Positions 55,756 through 63,204 of a stretch of DNA of 64,000 nt are shown here, piece by piece (positions within the stretch are counted from its first letter, which is position 1; each line of letters starts with the position of its first letter). Where the stretch lies: positions 118,827 to 182,826 of the forward strand of contig JAXHNE010000007.1 of NCBI GenBank assembly GCA_034520885.1, given 5' to 3'. The notes beneath the pieces were generated by a model. The model saw only the letters and a program-made list of their open reading frames with translations. It did no database searches and was not told the origin of the DNA. Position numbers and translations under genes: made by a program. This DNA comes from Candidatus Saccharimonadota bacterium. GTDB lineage: Bacteria; Patescibacteriota; Saccharimonadia; Saccharimonadales; JAXHNE01.

Positions 55756-55947
55756 ATGAATCATATGGGCGCTCGAAAAATGGGTGAGCAACACATTCGC
55801 AGCCTCACGCAAAATAAAACGGGGACGTATCAGGTATCTTTGCCGATACGCGTGATACGGGAAATGGGCTGGCGTGAACGGCAAAAGCTCACCGTAACCC
55901 GCCAAGGTAAAAAACTAATAGTCCAAGACTGGAACCCCCAAACCTAG
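55756..55947 (+). CDS. AbrB/MazE/SpoVT-type DNA-binding protein (antitoxin-like)
   Basis: 63 aa; VSLPIRVIREMGWRERQKLTVTRQGKKLIVQDW swapped-hairpin pattern; the true start may be ATG 55765 (better SD spacing). Confidence 0.6.
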   Translation: MNHMGARKMGEQHIRSLTQNKTGTYQVSLPIRVIREMGWRERQKLTVTRQGKKLIVQDWNPQT

Positions 55948-55982
55948 TAGTTAGTAGATGGTATTTAGTACTTACTTGTTAA
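55948..55982. repeat. heptad-periodic tract (tagttag tagatgg tatttag tacttac ttgttaa)
   Basis: Directly after the AbrB-like stop. Confidence 0.7.
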
Positions 55983-56055
55983 GGGTGCTGTGAAGGTTCT
56001 ACGAAGGTTTTCGCTATTGCTTTTGTTATATAAATATCCGGTGTAATATTTATGC

Positions 56056-56649
56056 ATGTCAGCTGAAACGTTAAGATCTTTCGAATCAAGCGGAGAAGAG
56101 GTCTTTGATGAGCTAATGGTGGACTACTCTGAAGCAATGCATGATTATCAGAGAGCATTGCGCGGCTACATCATGCTTAGATATGAAGAAAATGTCTCGG
56201 CGCATACAACAAGACTCGAGGATATCGACTTAAACACACCCTATGCTCAGCAACCGGATCAGTTGGCAAGGGACGCACTAGCTGTGTGGATTCACACTGA
56301 AAAACTGAGTATGGCGCAAAGGGACTTGCATTCTATGGAAAGAGAGTGGGATCAGGAGCATAGAGATGATATTAGCGGCCTGCTTGGCAGAAAGGTCAAG
56401 GTAGCTGCAATCGATCCAGACAGGAGCTCTATCGGCACTAGCAAACTTAATGAATCTGGTGAGTACGATGGTCTTGGCCAGTGGCATGATACTGTTGCTG
56501 GTAGGCTTACGGGTCTTAATCTTGACCTCGACACGGGTGGTGGTGTAGTTGTAAAGAAACCTTTTAGCAAAAAACACTACAGTGCCTATCCATTGCTAAG
56601 TCCCAATACTGCATGTGAGCCACTGTATAAAATAGAGTTCTTGGATTAG
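56056..56649 (+). CDS. hypothetical protein
   Basis: 197-aa ORF, acidic N-terminal half; no recognisable motif. Confidence 0.45.
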   Translation: MSAETLRSFESSGEEVFDELMVDYSEAMHDYQRALRGYIMLRYEENVSAHTTRLEDIDLNTPYAQQPDQLARDALAVWIHTEKLSMAQRDLHSMEREWDQEHRDDISGLLGRKVKVAAIDPDRSSIGTSKLNESGEYDGLGQWHDTVAGRLTGLNLDLDTGGGVVVKKPFSKKHYSAYPLLSPNTACEPLYKIEFLD

Positions 56650-56807
56650 ATAAAAGTAAAATATGGCTGCTCACCAGGCTTCGTGAAGCTCGCGCCGAAA
56701 TTTAAAGTAAACAGGCAACTTCATGCCTTAACTGATATCCCAAAGTGCTGTCTTGGAAGCAATAAAAAACACTATTGCTTTGAACGGATTAACAACGGGT
56801 GTAAAAA

Positions 56808-57305
56808 TCAACTTCGGACGGAATCCTTGGCTTTAGCTTCACTGCTGCGTGCCCACTCGCGGTCTGTTCTTACGCTTTGCCAGTACAGAACTATACCCAT
56901 TCCAATCGTTCCCAACCCTGCCACTTGAGAAACTCTTCCAATCACATTAGAAGTGGTTGCGCTGCTTTCTTGCGCCTCAAGATCGTTCTCAGCAAATTCC
57001 AAGGCCCGAGCATGCCCAACAGATAGCTCAATGTCCTCACCTGCAGAAATAACGACGTCTCGACCTTCGTAGTCAGCTGTAAAGTGCCGGTCAGAGTCTT
57101 CAATAATTGCATTCCCAAGCACTAACATACCTAGGTCTTTTTGTTGTTGTTCGGTCAGCTCCGAATACTCTGCCACGTCGTCTCTCAACTCACGCGCATC
57201 TGTCACATATTCTGGGGTACCTCCACCTGCATTCTCACCGCCAAAATATACCATAAACCCGCCTATACCAACTACGCAAGCCGCAAGTTTTGATTCTATA
57301 GCCAT
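56808..57305 (-). CDS. hypothetical protein with N- and C-terminal TM helices
   Basis: 165-aa ORF; hydrophobic segments AACVVGIGGFMVYFG and VAGLGTIGMGIVLYW. Confidence 0.45.
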   Translation of the reverse strand: MAIESKLAACVVGIGGFMVYFGGENAGGGTPEYVTDARELRDDVAEYSELTEQQQKDLGMLVLGNAIIEDSDRHFTADYEGRDVVISAGEDIELSVGHARALEFAENDLEAQESSATTSNVIGRVSQVAGLGTIGMGIVLYWQSVRTDREWARSSEAKAKDSVRS

Positions 57306-57359
57306 ATTTACTCCTTATGTGAAGTAATTATACAGCATTTTCTGGCGAAAACTTGTTTC

Positions 57360-57407
57360 CAAGGAGGCTCCTTGGAAATACTAATAGTCCAAGACTGGGA
57401 AGCGTAG
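57360..57407 (+). pseudogene. remnant of a second AbrB-like gene 3' end (...QGGSLEILIVQDWEA*)
   Basis: The 18-nt ctaatagtccaagactgg is identical to 55915-55932; no upstream start or body. Confidence 0.45.
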
Positions 57408-57423
57408 CGGGCGCTACGCGCAT

Positions 57424-57486
57424 AGATGATAGATGATAGGTGATGGATGGAAGTTGGTAGTTGGAAGATAGTAGTTAGTAGATCGT
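57424..57486. repeat. heptad-periodic tract (~9 units: atagatg atagatg ataggtg atggatg gaagttg gtagttg gaagata gtagtta gtagatc)
   Basis: Read directly; its last 23 nt repeat 55945-55967. Confidence 0.8.
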
Positions 57487-57686
57487 ATTTAAAAAGTCGG
57501 GATTTAGTATTTTTTGTTTCTGAGGTGCCACCCAAGGGAAGTAAGTTATTGCTTAGTTCAAGTTCGACAGTTAGCCTAAAAAGGGGTAGAATATGCTGGC
57601 AATGACACACAATACTGACCTAAACTTGCATCTGCATATGTCGCCTCGTAGAGCCGGCTAGCTTTGCTTTTGTCTTTGATAAACAG

Positions 57687-57712
57687 CGCCCCGGCTCTCC
57701 GGGGCGTTTTTA
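57687..57712 (+). terminator. rho-independent terminator (CGCCCCGG-ctct-CCGGGGCG + TTTTT) just upstream of the hisS promoter
   Basis: 8-bp GC stem, tetraloop, T5 tract. Confidence 0.75.
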
Positions 57713-57743
57713 TTTATCAGAAACATACTATAATGGAGGAAAT

Positions 57744-59051
57744 ATGAGTTTATCCAAGCAACCAATTAAAGGCGCGCGGGATTTTTATCCGGAGGACATG
57801 CGCCAGCGCGAGTACATCTTTGCGGTATGGAAAGAGGTGTGCGAGCTATTCGGCTACGAAGCTTACGACGCGCCGATTTTGGAACCCACCGACTTGTATC
57901 TGACCAAAGGCAGCGAAGAAATCATTAACGAACAGACTTACAGTTTTAAAGATCGTGGTGATCGCAACCTTACCGTGCGCACCGAAATGACGCCCAGTGT
58001 CAGCCGTATGGTGGCGGCGCGGCGCCAAGAGTTGGCGTATCCGCTGCGGCTGTATTCCATTCCGCAGTGTTGGCGCTACGAGCGCATGCAACGCGGCCGC
58101 GGGCGGGAATTCTACCAGCTGAACGTGGATCTCTTTGGCGACGAATCGCTGAACGCCGAGGTAGAGATGATTGAAATTTCCGATACGGTTTTGCGTAAAT
58201 TCGGTGCCAAGCGTTCCATGTACGAAATCAAACTTAATAGCCGAAAACTGATCGATGGCTTTTTAACCGATGAACTCAAACTGGATAAAACCCAAGCCGA
58301 CACCATCCGCCGGCTGATTGACCGCATGCATAAAATGGCCACGCCCGCCTTTACCGCTCAGGTGGAAAACACCTTGAGTCCCACGCAACGGGACGATGGC
58401 GCGCTGGACAAGCTTTTGGCATTTTTAAAGGCCGATTCGCTTGAGCATTTGCCCGGCAGCGTGCGCTCGCATCAATCGGTGGATGACCTAAAACGGCTTA
58501 TGCGGGATCTGGAGGGTCTCAACATCACTAACGCGGTGTTCGACCCCACGCTGATGCGTGGATTCGATTACTACACCGACATTGCTTTTGAAGTGTTCGA
58601 CACCGATCCGCAAAACAATCGCTCCATGTTCGGCGGCGGCCGTTACGACGGGCTGGTGGGGGCGTTCGGTGTAGATCCGATACCGACGATCGGCTTTGCC
58701 ATGGGCGACATCACTTTGCAGAACTTTTTACGCTCGCATGGGCTTGCCAAGGAAATTCCTTCCACCACGGACGTGTACTTGTTTTCCGTGGGCGATACGG
58801 TTGATGAAACCATGGGCGTAGCCCGCGAACTGCGCGAAATGGGCGTGGGCGTAGCAACCGACGTGACCGATAGAAAACCGGCCAAAAAGATCAAAAACGC
58901 CGTAAAAATGGGCGTGCGTTACGCCTTGATCGTTGGCGAGGACGAGGTGCAAAACCGGCAGTACACCCTAAAAAACCTAAAATCCGGCACCGAAGGCAAG
59001 TACAGCACGCAACGAATCGTCAGTATCGTGGAAGATTACCGTGCGGGTTAA
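57744..59051 (+). CDS. hisS: histidine--tRNA ligase
   Basis: 435 aa; class II motifs (RYERMQRGRGREFYQ, GGGRYDGL); TATAAT and ggagg SD upstream. Confidence 0.95.
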   Translation: MSLSKQPIKGARDFYPEDMRQREYIFAVWKEVCELFGYEAYDAPILEPTDLYLTKGSEEIINEQTYSFKDRGDRNLTVRTEMTPSVSRMVAARRQELAYPLRLYSIPQCWRYERMQRGRGREFYQLNVDLFGDESLNAEVEMIEISDTVLRKFGAKRSMYEIKLNSRKLIDGFLTDELKLDKTQADTIRRLIDRMHKMATPAFTAQVENTLSPTQRDDGALDKLLAFLKADSLEHLPGSVRSHQSVDDLKRLMRDLEGLNITNAVFDPTLMRGFDYYTDIAFEVFDTDPQNNRSMFGGGRYDGLVGAFGVDPIPTIGFAMGDITLQNFLRSHGLAKEIPSTTDVYLFSVGDTVDETMGVARELREMGVGVATDVTDRKPAKKIKNAVKMGVRYALIVGEDEVQNRQYTLKNLKSGTEGKYSTQRIVSIVEDYRAG

Positions 59052-59082
59052 GTTTTTTGCGGAAGGCGGAGCTCCCGAGCTT

Positions 59083-59538
59083 ATGAAAGCCGCAAAAGAA
59101 TATGCTGCTATTTGGGGGCAAGATGGTCGGAAAATCATTAGCACGTTAGAGCGTATCACCGGGCTTACATTTACCGACCAAGAAATTGAGGCGACCGTTT
59201 TTGAAGGCATAAGCCAGTCGCACCCTTTGAAGCTACGGGCGAGCTACGAAATGGATACAAAGCGCAGCACCCTGGTTCACGAGCTCACCCATCGGCTGTG
59301 TACAAAAGAAAACACAAAGTTCGATGATCCGAATGGTGATCAGAATACCGAGGTACACAAAATCATATTTTTAGTTTTATATGATGCACTTACGGAACTT
59401 TACGGGGAGGAAATGGCGCAAAAAGAGGTCGAAACGACTAGCGGCTATTCCCAAAGTTATCGTGACGCGTGGGATTTTGTTCTTGGAATGAGTAAGCAAG
59501 AGCGGGCGCGAGTCTTTAAGAGCCTGCGCATAGCTTAG
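59083..59538 (+). CDS. hypothetical protein with an HExxH motif
   Basis: ORF 59041..59538; ATG 59083 avoids overlap with hisS; STLVHELTHRL. Confidence 0.45.
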   Translation: MKAAKEYAAIWGQDGRKIISTLERITGLTFTDQEIEATVFEGISQSHPLKLRASYEMDTKRSTLVHELTHRLCTKENTKFDDPNGDQNTEVHKIIFLVLYDALTELYGEEMAQKEVETTSGYSQSYRDAWDFVLGMSKQERARVFKSLRIA

Positions 59539-59897
59539 TTGGTAGACTTTAGTGTTCGGCCGTGTTTATCGTATTGGGTTGGTGGGCCGAATGGGATCTC
59601 ATCCACCTCTTTAAACGGGCAGTCGTCGTCGGTGTGAAAATCAGAAAAATGCAAAACTGAACTTCTAATTCCGCTTAGGGCTACCAGATATGGCTCGACT
59701 TGTTCTGGGGTAACGTGCATATCAAGTTCAATATTGTAAGCTCGGCCTGGTAGTGTAAAACCCTCGCCGTGGCAAGTCGGCTGCACGCTGATTGTATCGT
59801 CGTTGACCGCTAAACGGGCGAGCAGAAACGTGGCAGGTTTATGAAAGTCGGTTGTAACTGCATCGATATGTAGATACTTAATCTCCATGGTATGCAT
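59535..59897 (-). CDS. hypothetical protein
   Basis: 120-aa ORF; start may be the second ATG (59888). Confidence 0.4.
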   Translation of the reverse strand: MHTMEIKYLHIDAVTTDFHKPATFLLARLAVNDDTISVQPTCHGEGFTLPGRAYNIELDMHVTPEQVEPYLVALSGIRSSVLHFSDFHTDDDCPFKEVDEIPFGPPTQYDKHGRTLKSTN

Positions 59898-59960
59898 AGT
59901 ATACAGTACCTACAGATACAAGTTGCAAGAAATTGTAAAAACTGGTGTAATACACGTATT

Positions 59961-60599
59961 GTGGAACGAAAATTAGTATTCTTAAGTGGAGTAGGTAGCT
60001 CAAAATCATCTGGCGAGAATGTTGTTAATGCTGCTGTTAGTGAGGGGTGGGTTGATGATGGCGATGCTTATACCCCTCGGCAAGCCAAAAAAATGTCACC
60101 CGATAAACTTCGCCAGCGTATTCAGATTGGCGGCGTGCTGTGGACTCACTCGGCCGGTATTTTATACGTGCCTAGTGAAGTTAAAGTGCACGAAGCGGCA
60201 ATTTTTGCTGGCCCAGAAAAGCGTAGCGTGCCTCGGTTACTTAAAGGTTCAATGCAAAAAACCTGGGATCATATTTTTGCGGAAACCGACTATTCACGCC
60301 GTGAGCATCTTCGAGTTGCGGCGCACACCACTGCTTTTGCCTTGCGTGATGTGCTGAGTTTGCCCGAAATTGCCAAGTTCTCTACAACTGAGCACATTGC
60401 GGCAGCAACCCACGTAAATCCAGAAAATACCCGTGTTTTTAGTATGTCAGAAGACAGGTTCTTCCCTGGCAGCCACAACATTGCTGCCCCGGTTTTACGC
60501 AACCTTGGCTGTCATGTTCAGGAAATTGAGGGTGGTCACGACGATATGATGGTTGACCCTTCTGCGGTTCTTCAAGTTGCTGGCCTTGCCCAAAAGTAG
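59961..60599 (+). CDS. alpha/beta-hydrolase-like protein
   Basis: ORF 59892..60599; GTG 59961 lies ~8 nt after TTGCAA-N-TAATAC; KLVFLSGVGSS, WTHSAG elbow-like and GGHDDMM motifs. Confidence 0.45.
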   Translation: MERKLVFLSGVGSSKSSGENVVNAAVSEGWVDDGDAYTPRQAKKMSPDKLRQRIQIGGVLWTHSAGILYVPSEVKVHEAAIFAGPEKRSVPRLLKGSMQKTWDHIFAETDYSRREHLRVAAHTTAFALRDVLSLPEIAKFSTTEHIAAATHVNPENTRVFSMSEDRFFPGSHNIAAPVLRNLGCHVQEIEGGHDDMMVDPSAVLQVAGLAQK

Positions 60600-60662
60600 A
60601 AGCCTTTGAACCCGCACTACCTGGATATTTATTGTTTAATCTGTTAAAGTAACAGTCTATAG

Positions 60663-60797
60663 TCTTGCTGGCTATGTGTCACTTTAAAGCTACTTTACTA
60701 TGAGACACATAGAAATGAGTCTGATGCGCGTCGAAGAGAAAAGTATCTAAAAACGATTGCAGGGCGCCAGGCAATACGTAAAACGTTGCGTGAATAA
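60663..60797 (+). pseudogene. C-terminal remnant of a GIY-YIG family gene
   Basis: Stop-bounded frame reads ...VTLKLLYYETHRNESDARRREKYLKTIAGRQAIRKTLRE*, matching the conserved C-terminal third of small GIY-YIG proteins; no N-terminal GIY/YIG part. Confidence 0.45.
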
Positions 60798-60843
60798 TTA
60801 ACAGTTGGCAGGACTTAAGTCAACAGAAAGGCTACTACCGGGT

Positions 60844-62124
60844 ATGCAAGTAAAAATTACAGATAACTCAAATACCGAATCGGTGATGAGCGTCATCACC
60901 AAGCAAGAAGAATTAACGCCAATTAAAGATGCCGTGGTGCAAGCCATGGGCAAAAACGTGAAAGTCCAGGGCTTTCGCGATGGTAAGGCTCCGTTGAATC
61001 TGGTTGAAAAGCAGCTCGACCCGCAGCAACTGCAACAGACCTTCCTGGAAGAAGCCATTAACCAGATGTACCCGCAAGCCGTGCGCGAAAAGAAGCTCCG
61101 GCCGGTGGCCAACCCGGAGATCAAGATAAAAAAGTTCGTGCCGTTTACGGAGTTGGAGTTCGAGGCCACCATACCCGTGGTGCAAGAGGTCAAGTTGCCG
61201 AATTATAAGCAGATCAAGCTGAAAAAACCCGAGGAAAAGGTCGCCGCCAAAGAGGTAAACGACGTGGTAGAAAACCTACGTGAACGCCTGGGCGAAGAAA
61301 AGGACGTGACCCGCGCCGCCAAAAATGGCGATAAAGTATGGATTGACTTTACCGGCAAGGACGCCAAAGGCCAACCGGTAAAAGGCGCCGAAGGCGAAAA
61401 TTATCCCTTGATCTTGGGCAGCAACAGCTTTATTCCCGGGTTCGAAAAAGAGCTCGTGGGTGCCAAGGCGGGAGAGGAAAAATCTTTCACGCTGACTTTT
61501 CCCAAGGATTATGGCGTGACTTCCATGCGGAATAAAAAGGTTACCTTTGACGTAAAAGTCAGCAAAGTACAAGAGGTCATTAAGCCCGAGGCCAACGATG
61601 AGATGGCCAAAAAAGCCGGCCCGTTCGAAACCCTGGCGCAATTAAAGGACGACATTAAAAAACAACTGCAGCAGGAAAAAAATCGCCAGGCGGGCATGAA
61701 GTACGAATCCGACCTGGTGCGCAAAATTACCGAAAAAACGGAAGTGGAAATTCCCCAATTACTGATTGGCCAAACCGTGGACAAGCTGATCAACGAGCAA
61801 AAGCAAAACTTGACGCACCAAGGGCAAACCTGGAAGGAATTTTTAGAGCAACAGGGAAAAACCGAGGAAGAATATAAAAAATCCCTGGAGCCGACCGCCA
61901 AAGAACGCGTCAAAGCCAGCCTGGTGCTCAGTGAAGTGGCCGACAAAGAGGAGTTGGACGTCACGCCGGAAGAGCTGGAAACCCGCATCCAGGCACTAAA
62001 AGGCCAGTATCAGGATCAGCAAATGCAGGCCGATATGGACAAACCGGAAGTCCGGCGAGACATCGCCATGCGCATGCTAAGCGAAAAAACGGTGGCCAGG
62101 CTCGCGGAATACGCCCAGAAATGA
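60844..62124 (+). CDS. tig: trigger factor
   Basis: MQVKITDNSN... N-terminal ribosome-binding domain, FKBP-type PPIase (FIPGFEKELVGAKAGEEKSF), C-terminal arm domain; internal ATG of ORF 60805..62124. Confidence 0.9.
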   Translation: MQVKITDNSNTESVMSVITKQEELTPIKDAVVQAMGKNVKVQGFRDGKAPLNLVEKQLDPQQLQQTFLEEAINQMYPQAVREKKLRPVANPEIKIKKFVPFTELEFEATIPVVQEVKLPNYKQIKLKKPEEKVAAKEVNDVVENLRERLGEEKDVTRAAKNGDKVWIDFTGKDAKGQPVKGAEGENYPLILGSNSFIPGFEKELVGAKAGEEKSFTLTFPKDYGVTSMRNKKVTFDVKVSKVQEVIKPEANDEMAKKAGPFETLAQLKDDIKKQLQQEKNRQAGMKYESDLVRKITEKTEVEIPQLLIGQTVDKLINEQKQNLTHQGQTWKEFLEQQGKTEEEYKKSLEPTAKERVKASLVLSEVADKEELDVTPEELETRIQALKGQYQDQQMQADMDKPEVRRDIAMRMLSEKTVARLAEYAQK

Positions 62125-62393
62125 AAAAGAATCCCGAAAACGACTTAATAACACGTGAACCTTCGCGCATGGAACGGGTAGTCAGCCGTTTGGTTCGTCC
62201 GCTTATACAGCCAGTGGTGCGAATAAAAGAAACTGAAGCCGATGTGTTTGTTGACCCGCCAGCGCTCGAACAGCAGTTATCACCCCAAGAGCAAGAGCGA
62301 CTACGTGAAGTTGGCAAAGAGGCTTTTTTTGCAAGCCCCGCACTCGGTATGGCGGTTCACGTACGAAAAGAGCCGGACGAGACAAGGGAGTGA
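62121..62393 (+). CDS. hypothetical small protein
   Basis: 90-aa ORF overlapping the tig stop (ATGA). Confidence 0.4.
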   Translation: MKKNPENDLITREPSRMERVVSRLVRPLIQPVVRIKETEADVFVDPPALEQQLSPQEQERLREVGKEAFFASPALGMAVHVRKEPDETRE

Positions 62394-62394
62394 A

Positions 62395-62421
62395 TTAGCA
62401 CTCGTACTTGACGAGTGCTAA
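62395..62421. promoter_or_regulatory. CIRCE (HrcA operator), perfect consensus, overlapping the clpP promoter
   Basis: TTAGCACTC-gtacttgac-GAGTGCTAA; TTGACG (-35) spans the spacer/right-arm boundary; TAAAAT at 62431-62436 is 7 nt before ATG 62444. Confidence 0.85.
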
Positions 62422-62443
62422 TCGGCGTATTAAAATCCTTATT

Positions 62444-63055
62444 ATGAGCGATAAGCCATCAAGCGTTTTGATTCCGACCGTTATTGAACAGGAAGGCCGC
62501 ATGGAGCGTGCCTACGATATATATTCGCGGCTATTAAAAGACCGCATTATCTTTTTGGGCGATCAAGTCAACGAACACACCGCCAACTTAATCGTGGCCC
62601 AACTTTTATTTTTGGATAACCAGGATTCCGGGAAAGATATCAGCCTTTACATCAACAGCCCTGGCGGTAGTGTTTACGATGCCCTGGCGATTTATGACAC
62701 CATGAACTTCGTAAAAAGCGATATTAAAACCGTGGGTATCGGGGTGCAGGCTTCCGCCGCCGCGTTTTTACTGAGCTCCGGCACCAAAGGCAAGCGTATG
62801 CTTTTGCCGCACGCCACGGTGATGGTGCACCAGCCCTCCAGCGGTACGCGTGGGAAGGTGACCGATCAGGAAATTGATCTTCGCGAGTCTTTGCGCGTCA
62901 AAGGATTGTTGGAAAACATTATGGCCCAAAACACCGGCCAAACCGCCAAAACCATTCACCGGGACATGGAACGTGACAAATGGATGGACGCCGAAGAATC
63001 CGTCAAATACGGCATAGCCGACAAAGTCATCAAAACCCTCCCCACTAAAAAATAG
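62444..63055 (+). CDS. clpP: ATP-dependent Clp protease proteolytic subunit
   Basis: [12 protein letters not shown], catalytic Ser context ([11 protein letters not shown]) and His (VMVHQPS); internal ATG of ORF 62408..63055. Confidence 0.95.
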   Translation: MSDKPSSVLIPTVIEQEGRMERAYDIYSRLLKDRIIFLGDQVNEHTANLIVAQLLFLDNQDSGKDISLYINSPGGSVYDALAIYDTMNFVKSDIKTVGIGVQASAAAFLLSSGTKGKRMLLPHATVMVHQPSSGTRGKVTDQEIDLRESLRVKGLLENIMAQNTGQTAKTIHRDMERDKWMDAEESVKYGIADKVIKTLPTKK

Positions 63056-63103
63056 CTCAAAAACAACTCACTACTTAAAGGAACCCCCCGTCTAAGTTAA
63101 GTC

Positions 63104-63145
63104 AGTTGAAAGTAGTTAGTTAACAGTCAACAGCCAAAACCGCCT
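63104..63145. repeat. heptad-periodic tract (agttgaa agtagtt agttaac agtcaac agccaaa accgcct)
   Basis: Downstream of clpP. Confidence 0.7.
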
Positions 63146-63204
63146 GGAATTGTCTAAGCAGTTTTTGCATACTACTAGCTAATATTGTATAGTCTACTAT
63201 TAGA

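Noticed and set aside
57540-57600. A direct repeat of the tRNA-Leu 3' end marking the right island border (agttcaagttcgacag)
   Set aside because: Only about 7 nt (agttcga) match the tRNA T-arm, which is not distinguishable from chance.
59892-59897. Head-to-head overlap of two ORFs at the palindrome ATGCAT (plus-strand ATG 59892, minus-strand ATG 59897)
   Set aside because: Neither gene would have room for a promoter. A TTGCAA/TAATAC promoter followed by GTG 59961 gives a sensible start for the plus-strand gene, so the overlap is an ORF-calling artefact.
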